DNA from: Octopus vulgaris
Taxonomy: Eukaryota
Reading direction: 5' to 3'
DNA length: 64,000 bases
NCBI GenBank assembly: GCA_951406725.2
Contig: OX597820.1
Span: 76,260,001 to 76,324,000 of the forward strand
Both the position numbers and the translations under genes were made by a program. Every line of letters starts with the position of its first letter. Positions within the stretch are counted from its first letter, which is position 1. A model generated the notes under the pieces. That model did no database searches and was not told the DNA's origin. It saw only the letters and a list, made by a program, of their open reading frames with translations. Of this stretch, positions 1 to 12,912 are shown one piece after another.

Positions 1-859
1 TCATCTTCATGATAATCATAATCATCTTCTTCTTTCTCTTCTTCTTCTTTCTCTTCTTCTTCTTCTTCTTCTTCTATTTCCTCTTCTTCCTCCACCTCAC
101 CACCCCCATCCTCCAACACTACCACCACCACCACCCACCCACCTCAGCATCATTATCGTTGCTATTGCGGTGCAGATTTCCAACAGTTATGCGCTAAAAT
201 CACTTAGATTTCCTGCCCCCGCCCATGCCCACGCCCACACCCCCACACCCACACACCAAACACTATATATGAAATAGATAGATAGGTGAATGTTTTATCA
301 AATTTATCGCTATGGTTTATTGATGATAATACACGACGCTTCTCATAATGTTATATTGATATATTCCGAAATTTCCTTTGATAATTGACGAACCATTATG
401 GCCGCCATTGTTACATTCATACTGACAGCGTTTATATCAACCATTGATGGCGACGAAATACAATCGGTTGATTCGTGGATTGATGGTAATTAGAAAGGCA
501 AACATCGGTTTTAATACAGTAATCATGATGCCGGTTTAGTGCGGTTTATGACAATCATGTGATCTCATAAGCTAGTTATGAAAATGTGAGATGATAAAAT
601 AAAGGCATGATTTTAAAGGTTATGCAAAGAGTGGCATGTACACGCATGCGCACATACACACATGCGCACTTGCACACGCGTACGCATACGCAGATATTCT
701 CTCTCTCTCTCTCTCTCTCGCACACACACACATACACATGCACACACACAGAAATACATACACACACATACACGCATGCACAAGCATATATCCAGGTCGG
801 ATGAAACGTGTTAAGAATGAATACACGCATCGTCAGAGGCGTGCGTTGGTATGCGGGTG

Positions 860-860
<1 letters not shown>

Positions 861-901
<41 letters not shown>

Positions 902-960
902 CGCCTCCAACACCACTGTCACAACTACCACCAACAACAGCTAATACCACCACAACTACC

Positions 961-1001
<41 letters not shown>

Positions 1002-1190
1002 CGCCACAAACACTACCAACAATAACACAACTACAAACTCCATCATCACCACAACTACCACCACCGCCACTACTACTACTACTACTACCGCCACCAACAA
1101 CAATACAACTACAGCCTCCATCATCACCACTACTACTAATAATACTACTACTCTGATCTCCCTACTACTACAACCACCACCATTACTACT
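861..1190. repeat. Compound (ACT)n/(ACC)n/(ACA)n trinucleotide microsatellite
   Basis: Directly visible triplet repeats; they explain the poly-T/L/Y/V ORFs here. Confidence 0.95.
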
Positions 1191-1321
1191 AGTGGTACGA
1201 ACACGCACATGCATTCTCACACACACACACGTCCAAGTCTATTGGAACGTGTTAAATATCAATTCCTCGCAACATTATATGCGCGTGTGTGTGTGTACGT
1301 GCGTGTGAGTAAGCATGCGTA

Positions 1322-1380
<59 letters not shown>

Positions 1381-1851
1381 ACATACACAGGCACACACCG
1401 ATTCTCTTTCATGTCAGATCTCAGCACGTATGATTATGTTCACTTTGACGATTCTATCCGTGCAACACATATTGTTGACAATTACTGAAGCACATGGCAA
1501 TGACTGGGATATTTACGTGGACGCTCGATCTGCTAAAAAGAACAACCACATCTCCCTCAAGACATAACCATCTACCATTTAAAAAGGGGACGTTTGTTAC
1601 ATTCGATATTGCAATATCAGCCGAACCATGTGTAAAAATATAGGAATGGCACAGATAGAATTGGTTTAATCAGCATCAACAATATTCGAGTGTATGAGAC
1701 ATTTTGCCGGAGCCGCTTTGGTGCCGCTGATTCAGTGCAGACTTATTTGTGTGTGTTTATGTATGTGTGTGTGTATGTGTGTGTAAGTGCGTATACGATA
1801 CACTTTTCAAGAGTAAACATCCAGCCTGAGTAATTGTCTAATCTTTATTTA

Positions 1852-2262
1852 TGTCCTTCATTTGTTTCAGTCATTGAAGTACGGCCATGCTGGGGCACCG
1901 CCTTCAAGAATTTTAGTCGAACAAATCGACCCCGACCCCGCTACTTACTTTTGATTTTCTTTAATGCCCGGCACTTATTCCATCAGTCTCATTGCCCCGT
2001 CCCACCATTAAATTACGGTGACATAAACAAACCAACACCGGTTTCCAGGCGGTGATGGGGGGTGGGCAAACACAGACACCAAGACTCTCTCTCCCATACA
2101 TTCACACATTCACACATAATTTTCAGTTGCAATTTTTGTCTATCAGTTCCACTCACAAGACTTTGGTCGACCCGGGGCTTCAATGAAAGACATCTGTCCA
2201 AGGTGCCACGCAGTAGGATTGAACCCGGAACCATGTGGTTAGGAAGCAAGATTCTCACCACA
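1852..2262 (-). mobile_element. SINE family A (tRNA head + CORE-like domain + internal microsatellite + LINE-like tail)
   Basis: Reverse complement matches the copies at 18172 and 62788 (GGCACCTTGGRCA core; GGCGGTGCCCCAGCATGGCC tail). Confidence 0.85.
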
Positions 2263-2459
2263 TAAAAGAACCTGTGTCTAATATCTGTCTCCATTAATTA
2301 TTTTCTATCGTACTCTTTCCAATACTGTTGTTTTAGAACCGTACAACAAGTTACTTGGCCGTAAAGAGTTACTTCTCACAAATCCTATTTCGACCCATTA
2401 TTCCAATTTATTTTTTATTTAATTCTTGGGATTAGCCACTCAACATTACAAGGAATTTT

Positions 2460-2862
2460 AAGGCGGCGACCTGGCAGAAACGTTAGCACGCCGTGCGAAA
2501 TGCTTAGCGGTATTTCGTCTGCTGCTACGTTCTGAGTTCAAATTCCGCCGAAGTCAACTTTACCTTTCATCCTTTCGGGGTCGATTAAATAAGTACCAGT
2601 TACGCACTGGGGTCGATATAATCGACTTAATCCGTTTGTCTGTACTTGTTTGTTCTCTCTGTGTTTAGCCCCTTGTGGATAGTCAAGAAATAGGTATTTC
2701 GTCTGTTTTTATGTTCTGAGATCAAATTCCGCCTAAGTTGACTTCGCCGGTAATCCTTTCGGGGTCGATAAATTAAGTACCAGTTGCGTACTGGGGTCGA
2801 TCTAATCAACTGACCCCTTCCCCCATAATTTCAGGCCTTGTGCCTAAAGTAGAAACGAATAT
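2460..2862 (+). mobile_element. SINE family B (Meta-domain-like, internally duplicated), near full length
   Basis: AAGGCGGCGA.CTGGCAGAA head, B-box GAGTTCAAATTCC, and CCTTTCATCCTTTCGGGGTCGAT..ATAAGTACCAG present twice; near-identical copies at 15870, 43680 and 47152. Confidence 0.9.
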
Positions 2863-3089
2863 TAGAAGGAATTTACATTATTTTTTTTCCCTTTTTTGTT
2901 GCATTATTCTTTGTTTCTTACAGGCAGTTAAAAAACAAACAAAAAGAAATGTGAACTAAAAATTATCGAAACACACGTAGGAGGGTCATGTATATCTGTT
3001 GGGACTTAAATGAAACATGAGATCAGTTCAGGGGCAACTGTACCAGCTATAGAAGAGCTATATAAGTAAAAATTGTTTGCCAACATAAC

Positions 3090-3275
3090 ATGACAGCCCT
3101 GGTTTAGGACGAATATTGCTGTAATTTTGCCCCAGGAGACATCGTCTCCAGCTGGCTATACGACATGATCTGTATCCTTATATTTTTGAACAAGGGAATC
3201 TAGCACCCCAACTCAGCTCAAAACAATATCTGTGTATCGCGATTTCCGGGTTATTTCCCTTCATCAGCACAGAAT
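3090..3275 (-). mobile_element. HHR-associated short repeat family H (Penelope pLTR/retrozyme-like)
   Basis: Shares CCCCAGGAG...GCTGGCTAT.CGA...ATAT.TTG.A.CA.GG(G)A with 7605-7790 and 63315-63525. Confidence 0.55.
3229..3273 (-). ncRNA. Minimal type I hammerhead ribozyme, intact core
   Basis: Minus strand: TCTGTG-CTGATGA-a-GGG-aaataa-CCC-g-GAAA-TCGCGA-TA-CACAGA; 6-bp stem I, 3-bp stem II, palindromic stem III ATCGCGAT, AUA cleavage triplet. Confidence 0.8.
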
Positions 3276-3407
3276 AATTGTTTTGTGCAGATGAATTTTT
3301 ACTCCAAAGTACTGTTGCTGAATATCCCTCGTTGTCAGATTTAAAAATAGTAATTTTCAACGAGATATATAAGCCTAGCTTCTTACTGTAATACATATAA
3401 GAAAAAC

Positions 3408-3840
3408 TTGGACGGGGTTTGTGGTTAGAAGCATGCTTCCCAACTACCTGGTTCAAGGGGTAACCCACCGTGATGGGCAAATGTGTTCTGGTATAGCCCT
3501 GGGCTAATCAAAACCTTGTGAGTGGATTTGGTAGGCAGAAACTGAAATAAGACCATCGTTTGTGCATGTGTGAATGTATGTGTTTGTGTTTGTGTGTGTG
3601 TGTGTGTGTATGTTTGTGCATATGTTTGTCCTCTAGCACTGCTTGAAGGCCAGTGTTGGTTTGTTTACGCTTCTGTAACTTAATGGTTCTGCAAAAGAAA
3701 CCAACAGAATAAGTGTCTGGTTTTATAAAACAAAGAAAAAAATCTCCCAGAGTGGATTTGCTCGACTAAAACCCACCAGGGCGGTGCCGTAGCATGGGCG
3801 CAGTAAAATGATAGAAACAAGTAACAGAATGGATGAAAGA
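3408..3840 (+). mobile_element. SINE family A, diverged copy
   Basis: tRNA-like head, GTGAGTGGATTTGGTAG..GAAACTGAAA, internal (TG)n, GGCGGTGCCGTAGCATGG tail. Confidence 0.85.
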
Positions 3841-4139
3841 ATTAACCATTTCCGCAGAATTTTCAGTTTACCCTCTGGCAGAATCACCCACACGCATTAT
3901 TAATTTCTTTCAGTGTATTCTTGAGACACCGGATTCCTTAGAGTCAGAGAGCCACACCCTGTCTATTGGGCAGTTTGCATTTTAGAAAAGCGTAAAAGAA
4001 AACAAGGAAAACGAAACATCAAAGACTTTCTTTTTAACGTTTCTTCATAGTAGGTGGTGTTGTTAGTGTATTATGATAGCGAGATGTTGGTTGAGCGTGG
4101 AGAAAAATAAACAAACAAATACACAGAAGTAGATGAGAG

Positions 4140-4170
<31 letters not shown>

Positions 4171-4310
4171 GGAGAGAATAAGAGGCTAAAAGGCCGGTTA
4201 TATACATATATATGAAAGTACTTATGCATGTGTGTGTGTTAGTATATATATGTATGTGTATATATATTTATACATACACACACTTGTGTGTGCATATGTC
4301 TATGTATATA

Positions 4311-4427
<117 letters not shown>

Positions 4428-5187
4428 GTATGTGTAAGCATACATGTACTTATTACATAAGTATATATGTGTGTGTATATGTCTCAGTGTGTGTATGTGT
4501 GAGTGCGTGTGTGTTTGTGTGTGAGTGTGTGAGTGTATATCTTGGTGTGTGTGTGTATGCATGCCTGTACATATTACATAAGTATATATATATATGTGTG
4601 TGTGTGTTTTTGTTTCAGTGTGTGTATATATGTCTTAGTTTGTGTGGCTGTGTACGTGCATGTATTTCGTACACACACACACACACACAAACACACGCAC
4701 ACACACACATACATACATTCAAAGTGAGATTAAGAGTGGAAGAAATATACAGAGATATCGATATATAAATACGCAGATAACTTCAGAAGCTAAGACAATC
4801 TTTATTTTTCTTCAATTCGAAAAACGTATACGTCACTTCTCAAAAATAACTAAATAAATGAAAATAAAATAAATAAATATATAACTTACACTGAAAAAAA
4901 AAACACGGTCAAAGAAAAGAAGAATACGAAAGCTTTCAAAAAATCGGGCAATCGTGTTTGATCAAGTTTATTTGTATTTTGAATTTTGTTCAAATTATTA
5001 TCTTTTTCTTTAATTTCTTTCATTCAATATATATTTTCCCAGCCTTCTTACTTAACTTCTTTAAGGAATGGCAACATGTAACTTAAAACGCTTCAAAAGA
5101 ATTCTGGATTATATCAGGATTGAAAACGTGCACTTATATCAAGGTGTATCAATTTTCAAGAACTCTATAGATGCTCGAATGTTTCAG

Positions 5188-5267
<80 letters not shown>

Positions 5268-5448
5268 GGGGGAAGAGCCTTTGGGAACTGGGAAAATGAA
5301 TATTTTTTGACGAAGAACAGGTTTATTACGCTCTTAAAGCCCGGCTTCTACATCTGTTTACTATCAGTGTGGGTGTGAAAAAACATCTTACTACAATCTT
5401 TGTGTATATACTAGAGGTCTCCTTTGAAATTTTCCTTACAGAGTGATC

Positions 5449-5523
<75 letters not shown>

Positions 5524-6241
5524 ATGTATATATGTATATATATATATGTACATATATATGTATGTGTATACATATATATACATGTATATATAGACGTACA
5601 TATACACAAATATATATATATATACAGAGAGAGAGAGAGAGATGGGTGGATGGATGGATAGGGAGAAAAACAGATAACAGGCAAATAGAGAGAGAGAGGA
5701 AGAGAGAAACAGAGAGAGGGATGCTGGTATTTGGAAATGGCGGTCGAAAACCATCATCAGAGAAATGGTTATATTAAATTCCAAAATATAAATCTATACC
5801 GTGGAGTGGGGGTTAAATGGGGATAGGGAGTGGACAGCAGAAAAAATAAGAAGCATCAAAAATCACGCAAAGCCACCACAACCATAATGATGGTGATGAT
5901 GATGATGATGATGATGATGAAAAGCAACAACCACAATCAAAATAAAACGAAATAACTGGAAATTTAATCTAAAAAAAATGAAAATCCCTATACACACACA
6001 CACATACACACACATATATATACATAGTCTATTCTGTATTAATGCAGAATAGACCATGGCGTCTGTATAGTTGCCTTAATTCAATCAATTAGCCATAATG
6101 ATGTTGTTGTGGAACCTACTGCAGTTTATTATAAATAATTTAGGGTCTACATTCGGTAATAACGATGAACTCAAAAGGAAGCCTCTTTTTTTAATTTGGA
6201 CCAGTTTTAATCCAATTCAGTTTCTATCTATACAGATGCGA

Positions 6242-6319
<78 letters not shown>

Positions 6320-6491
6320 TCTGAAAGTTCAGAAAAATTGTAATACATACGTATTACAATTTTTCTGTATTACAATTTTTCTGAATTTTCAGATTTTCCT
6401 ATATGCTAGGCTACTGGCTTAAAATTGATGTTAATTAAATTTATATTAAATTTATCACCCTCATTATTTAAATTTTTTATATATATATAAT

Positions 6492-6546
<55 letters not shown>

Positions 6547-6739
6547 CTTTTTGGGATTTGGTTGCAAGAATCTTTATGTGAGTTCATGTGTTGAAGCATA
6601 TTCTGTTGTGTCTGGGGAGAGTCCTTCTCTTTTAGTGGCTTATAATTTAACACACTCACCGGTAAACTTTCCACTTATTTCTTTTTTATTTTTCTAAAAT
6701 TTTCGTTGCGTCTTGCAACCTTTTCAACAGTCAGAACTA

Positions 6740-7518
6740 TAGGCGTAGGAGGGGCTGTGTGGTAAGTAACTTGCTTACCAGCCACATGGTTCCGTGTACA
6801 GTCCCACTGCGTGGCACCTTGGACAAATGTCTTCTTCTATAGCCTCGAAACTGCCAAAGCCTTGTGAGTGGATTTGGTAGACGGAAACTGAAAGAAACCC
6901 GTCGTATATATATATATTGATAAATAATACTTGGAAGTGGATGTGTGGCGTTCGATCATATAATAACAAAATAATAAAGAAAACATATGCATATATACAT
7001 ACATATATGTACGTACCTACACCAAAAAAAACGTCGAACACAATGAGAAAACATAAAAACAAAACCATGGAAACGAACATTTTTTAAACAACGAAAAAAC
7101 AAGTACAAGACATACAACACAAGGAATATTCCCTTTCTTCAGCCGCCTCTGCTTCGTCTACTCCGTGTTTCGAAGGTAAAGGAGAGATACGACTCCGTTG
7201 AAGCAGTCCTTCCCGCAAAGCAAATTAAATACAATTTGGGACCTTGTCAATAAACACACCCATCTGCTGTTTGAGAGTAACCCACAAATCTTATGCATGC
7301 GTGTGGACATGTTTGTGTGTGTTTGTCCCCACAACATCACTTGACAACTGATTCTGGTGTGTTTACTTCCCCGTAACTTAGCGGTTCGTCGAAAGGGACC
7401 GATAGAATAAGTGCTAGGCTGACAAAGAATAAGTCCTGGGGTTGATTTCCTCGACTAAAGGCAGTGCTCCAGCATGGCTGCAGTCAAATGACTGAAACAA
7501 CTAAAGGAATAAAAGAAT
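6740..7518 (+). mobile_element. SINE family A split by a nested insertion (about 6925-7290)
   Basis: Left module 6740-6910 and right module 7300-7518, with a foreign repeat at the internal (TA)n site. Confidence 0.85.
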
Positions 7519-7604
7519 ATATATATATGTATGTGTGTGTGTGTGTGTGTAATTAGAAAATATCTATAGAAGATGAAAACAGTAATAAAAATTGAAAGAA
7601 ATTT

Positions 7605-7790
7605 TTATCGCCACTTAAACATCGCTATTCCGAAGGAACCGATGTTACTGCAGTTTTTAACCCCAGGAGGATCCCTCCTCCTGCTGGCTATTCGATGCAA
7701 ATTCCACCCGATATATATTGCAAGCAGGGGATCTAACCCATACCGTCTTCTTGCCACGACCGCCAACTGTACGGGTTCGAGCTCTATATT
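7605..7790 (-). mobile_element. Repeat family H copy with decayed HHR end
   Basis: Similar to 63315-63500 (ATATATTGCAAGCAGGGGA shared exactly). Confidence 0.6.
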
Positions 7791-9479
7791 TAACGGGCAC
7801 AGTATTAAAATGAGAGGCTACTAATAGTTTATTGCTATCGAGACACGTGGTTAGGCAGATTCAGAGCCTGAAAATGCTTCACAACACAAGGCACGTTATA
7901 AACGTCCGCCTAAGTGTCTCAATGGCAAGAAACTCGTAGTAGCACTTATCTTAATAGTGAGCACATTAACTAATATTTATTTCTCAATGTATGCAGTACT
8001 TCTTTTGTCGATTCTACCTTAACGGTATACACATAATAAAAATCCAACAATGAGGACGAGTGTTCAACACCGTATTGGTGGATAAAGATTCTTTATTTCC
8101 GTATTAAGACTACCATTGATTTCATGTTAAGTAAATATCTTAACAATTTTTTCAAACCGGTCACATACAGGAATACGGTGTTCGTCTTAAAAAGATCTAG
8201 CTTAAGTCGTTTTATTGAGACAGAAAATACACACACACACACACATACACACACACACATACATACACACACTCTCACACACACACGCGCATACACATGA
8301 AATTATAGGTGCCAGATTGTTGGGTAGTCAGCTTGTTGTCGTTGTTGTGGTTGTTTAGCCTGTGTCACCTCTGAATGAGGACATTATCAAATAAATTACA
8401 CACACAACCGTATATTTTCCCTCACATGTAAGGAAAACATTGCGTAACATGATCTTCAAGGCGGTAGAATGAGATTAGCGGGCCGGGTTCCTGTTATTTT
8501 AAGCACACAGAGTAGTGGTCCTCAACTGAAGTCCGTAATGATCCTTGAGGGTCCAATTAAGACACCCGTTGTTAACTTTATGTGCAATGAATTAGTTATA
8601 ATTCTGCTTTATACAAAACATTTGAACTCCTTGTATATCAGCATGGTCGCATCTCTGAGCTGAAACGAGAGAGAGAAAAAAAAATCTCCTTATAATATTT
8701 AATTATGAAAAAATATGATTTTAAAAACAGTGAATAGCTGTGAGGACCCATCTGAGCAGAATAGTAATCAATGGGGTTCACAGGTAAAATTGATTGAGAG
8801 CCGTTGAGATCAGAGTGATCACACAGAAACGATTTTGTTGATTTATTTGATAACTGAGGTTTGTATATTGGTAATCATAAAATTTGAAAGGTTCATAGAT
8901 TGATCGTGTGGTAGGTAGGTGATTGCGATGTTATGGAGTCTTAGTAGGTTTATGGGTTGATAATTGAATAAGTAGTTTGACAATTTTGTATCATTTGTAT
9001 CACTTGTATTTACATGACTATGTGCTGTTGTTATACAACGCTAGTCACAATACGCTTCCAGTTCTTTCTTGAGTGCACCATCCTAACCATCTTAGATATT
9101 TTTTATCGCTTATCTATAATTTGAATTACCTATGTATCGGGCAAACAATTTTTTTAATGCTTAAGGCCACTATGGACCTTAATGCGACCCTCAGATAGGT
9201 CGCTAGAGTAGAAGATCGATAGATTGTATCATATGAATGTAAATAGGCAGGCTGTTAGATAAATAGAAAGATAAATAGATCGGTGAATTGGTTTGCACAT
9301 TGGTTTGTAGGGTGCTTAAGGTAGACTGTTAGTTTGGTAAGTTTGTAGATATATTTGTTGGCAAATATGTTGCTTAGTAGCTATTTGAATAAGTAGATAA
9401 TTTTGTAGGTTGGTAAGTATGTATGTAGGTACATTGGTAGTAAGAAAAAATGGTGTGCGTGAGAGTGAGTGTGTGTGTG

Positions 9480-9702
9480 AGTATGAAATACCCTTTGAAA
9501 TACAGGTACAACAGAAACAGGAAGAAACAGTGAGAGAAAGTTGTAATGAAAGAATACAGCAGGGGTCACCATCAACCCCTGCCGGAGCCTCGTGGAGCTT
9601 TAAGGTGTTTTCGCTCAATAAACATTCAAAACGCCCGGTCTGGGAATCGAAACCGTGATCCTACGACCGCGAGTCCGCTGCTCTAACCACTGGACCATTG
9701 TT
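9480..9702 (-). mobile_element. SINE family C (tRNA-derived), 5' part
   Basis: Minus strand CAATGGTCCAGTGGTTAGAGCAGCGGACTCGCGGTCG...GGTTTCGATTCCCAGACC has A/B boxes; matches 46415. Confidence 0.85.
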
Positions 9703-9784
9703 CTCTAGAAAATAAAAGACGAAGATTGGTGAAGGAGCAACAAGCAGGTGTATTAGTTTAACGCTCTGAAAGAATAATAAAATC

Positions 9785-9818
9785 TTTAACGTTTCAAGCC
9801 TACGCGCTTCGACAGAAA
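9785..9818 (-). ncRNA. HHR-like motif with A6U core variant (family J)
   Basis: Minus strand TTT-CTGTCGA-a-GCGC-gtag-GCTT-GAAAC-GTT-AAA; homologous to 44377-44411. Confidence 0.5.
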
Positions 9819-9974
9819 TGATTGTGACGAAAGAAAAAACGGAAAGAGAACGGAAAATATATATACTTGGTAAACATATAGCTTGTTCAGTATTGTGTAA
9901 TCGTGTAGGGAGGTAGACAGATAAATAGGTAAAGAGTAAAAACCCACTTTGGTCAGAAAGGTGTGGTCCTTACG

Positions 9975-10275
9975 ACTGCACCTAGAAGGTTCCTCTCCTA
10001 GGCTCAAATCAGAATAAGGTTGTTTATGGAAGACCAGTAGTTACCTATGCATACAAGCCTCCTCTCTCCACGCCATCGATGTTATTCAAGAGAAAAGCAA
10101 AACCCAATATAGCTTGGCACCAGTGACGTCGCAACCCATTTCTACAGCTGAGTATACTGGAGCAACGCGAAATAAAGTGTTTTGCTCAAAAATCACAAAA
10201 CCCCGCTCAGGGAATCGAACTCACAGTCTCATAATTGTGAGCGCAACGTTCCCACCACTGAGTCATGGACCTTCA
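9975..10275 (-). mobile_element. SINE family D (tRNA head, TTGAGCAAGACACTT CORE-like segment)
   Basis: Homologous to 18606-18930. Confidence 0.8.
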
Positions 10276-10388
10276 CAGATAATTAGATATATATCTTGTA
10301 GATTAAGTTGATAGGAAAACATGTTCGTATGCATGTACATAGTATCAATTCTTACATAAAATATAAATCTTATACAAAATATAAAATA

Positions 10389-10958
10389 TTGGGTTGTCCG
10401 GAAAGTTCGAGCCGATTTATAGTAGCTTAAATTCGACTTATTTTAGAACATGCTTGAGTCCATAAAACAGGATTTGACTACACCTCCATTTAGAGCACAG
10501 TTTAAGCTATCTTTTCATGGAAGAAAGTTTATATTCCTATAACCGTTGTTAATTCTGTAACACTTTAAAATAGAAGATAAGAAAGTTCATTTTCGACACT
10601 TGATGTTTTAGAAACCAAACAAAAATCGTTGCAGCTCGGCTGGGATGTGTTGCTCACCCTCCATATTCAGAAGATATTGTTCCTTCGTATTTCCACTTAT
10701 TCAGGTATCTGCAGAATTGACTTAATGGTAAAAATTTCAATTCCTTGATGACGTAAATAGATACCTTGATGAATTCTTAATTCTTTGCCATGAAACCACC
10801 TCAGTTCTGGGAAGAGGGTATTTTCAAGTTAACGAAAAGATCGAGACGCATTGTGCAACAAAATGGTTCATATTTGGTTGATTAAAAATGTAATGGTAAT
10901 TATTTATTGACCTTTTTCTTTCCTTTAAAGATCGGCACGAACTTTCCGGACAACCCAA
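10389..10958 (+). mobile_element. Internally deleted mariner DNA transposon
   Basis: About 30-bp TIRs (TTGGGTTGTCCGGAAAGTTCG.GCCGAT / ATCGGCACGAACTTTCCGGACAACCCAA), TA on both sides, and a frameshifted transposase C-terminus (LGWDVL..HPPYSEDIVPS.FHLFR...FWEEGIFKL...IVQQNGSYLVD*) resembling the YSPDLAPSD motif. Confidence 0.92.
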
Positions 10959-11117
10959 TATATATATAAAATATAAACTTTTAAAATATATATAAAAATA
11001 TATAGTATAAAATTTAAAATATATATAAAATCTATTATCTCCAAATATACTCTGGAGCACTGGAATACGCAGATGTGCTTCATGATGACACAACTTGGAT
11101 TATAAAACAGTCTAGTA

Positions 11118-11422
11118 GCACTCCGTCGGTTACGACGACGAGGGTTCCAGTTGATCCGATCGTGAAATTAACATGCAAGTGGTTGAGCACACCACAGACA
11201 CGTGTACCCTTAACGTAGTTCTCGGGAAAATTCAAAGTGACACAGAGTGTGACAAGGCTGGCCCCTTTGAAATACAGGTACAAAAGAAACAGGAAAAAAG
11301 CACGAGAGAAAGTTATGGTGTTTTCGCGCAATAAACACTCACAACTCCCGGTCTGGGAACTGAAACAGCGACCCTATCACCGCGAGTCCGCTGCCCTAAC
11401 CACTGGGCCATTGCACCTCCAC
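11118..11422 (-). mobile_element. SINE family C with internal deletion
   Basis: 3' end CGTCGTCGTAACCGACGGAGTGC and tRNA head both match 46415-46806. Confidence 0.85.
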
Positions 11423-11954
11423 CATAAACCAGTCTACATAAACAGGGAGATCTTTTATCTTTTACTTCTTTCAGTCATTTGATTGCAGCCATACTAGTCG
11501 AACGAATCAAACCAAGGCTGGTGCTCATTTTATCGCTCTCTTTTGCGGAACTGCTAAGTCACGAGGACGTAAACACACCTTCAACGGTTGTCAAACGGTG
11601 GCGAGGAACAAACACAAACACACACGCACACATACAGGCTATGCTTAAATTTAAAGTTTGGATAGAAGGCTTTAAAATGCACTATCATTAATGGATCTCT
11701 GAAATACTATAAACGCATCATATCAACACCATCCTGCTACACCCAGTAGCGAAATATACATATCATAACACTGTAACGTATTATGAAACCTGATGAGATT
11801 TCTTCTGCACTGTGGCGTGCATTTGATTCCACTATATCGTGCAGATGTAAGCCGAAGTGATCGTCGTGCTAAATAAAGCTAACAGTACACTTTTGTCTTT
11901 CCTATCAATTACGTAATATATATATATATAATAGTAGTAGTAGTAACAGTTGTT

Positions 11955-11993
<39 letters not shown>

Positions 11994-12842
11994 ACGTGGC
12001 AACAAAAGAATGGGACCTCGATATGTGATAAGCAGAGGATTATTTATATATATTATAATTTAGAACAAGCAGTAAAAGGTTGTCATTATAGTACTCGGAG
12101 TTTCGAATGTCGGAGCGAAGAGCTATGATGAATTATCGTGGGCAATATATATATATATATACCCACACATACGACTGTCTTTCAAATTCCATCGTACAAA
12201 CCTACTCACAAGTCTTTGATCAGCCGGAGTGTAAAGTAGAAGAACCTCGCCTAGAGTTCCACGCAGTGGGACCGAACCCAGAACTATTTAATCGAGAAGC
12301 AAGCTACTTGCCACACAGACGCAACTATAAATATAAATACTGTATTTTTTTTTCCGGTGAGTGAGACGCACTTTCATTTTACTCCAAAACTTGACGTCAT
12401 TATCAAGGCAGCTTTAAACTTTGGAAGATGGAAATGTATTTTGTTAGCTAGGATACATGGATGAATGCAATGAATGGGTGAAATATGAAGGATTATTGTA
12501 TTAGAAGGATAAATGGATGAACGGATGGATGAACTAGCTGGATAGAAAAAAAACAAATAGTGTATGGATGGGTAGAAGGGTGAATGTCTTCATAATGAAT
12601 AAATGGATGATTAGATAGAAATATAGATATGTTAAGGGCTAGATAGATGGGATGTAGGACAAAAAACGGAAACTTGGAGAATTATATATATATAAAAATA
12701 TACATAAAAATTAATAGACATAATATCGCATTATATAGCTAATAAAACCGAGCTGGCAAAAACCGAATGACCTTACGTAGATGCTTGTTCATTGTTCAAC
12801 CCTCCCTTAATACACAGAAGTATATATTAATGCGTGTATCTA

Positions 12843-12912
<70 letters not shown>

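Noticed and set aside
8740-9200. Possible degraded Penelope GIY-YIG coding remnant (also 62450-62660)
   Set aside because: Too decayed to read diagnostic motifs by eye; needs a translated profile search
12088-12128. GAAACTCCGAGTA half-site on the minus strand
   Set aside because: No recognisable CUGANGA core; not counted as a ribozyme
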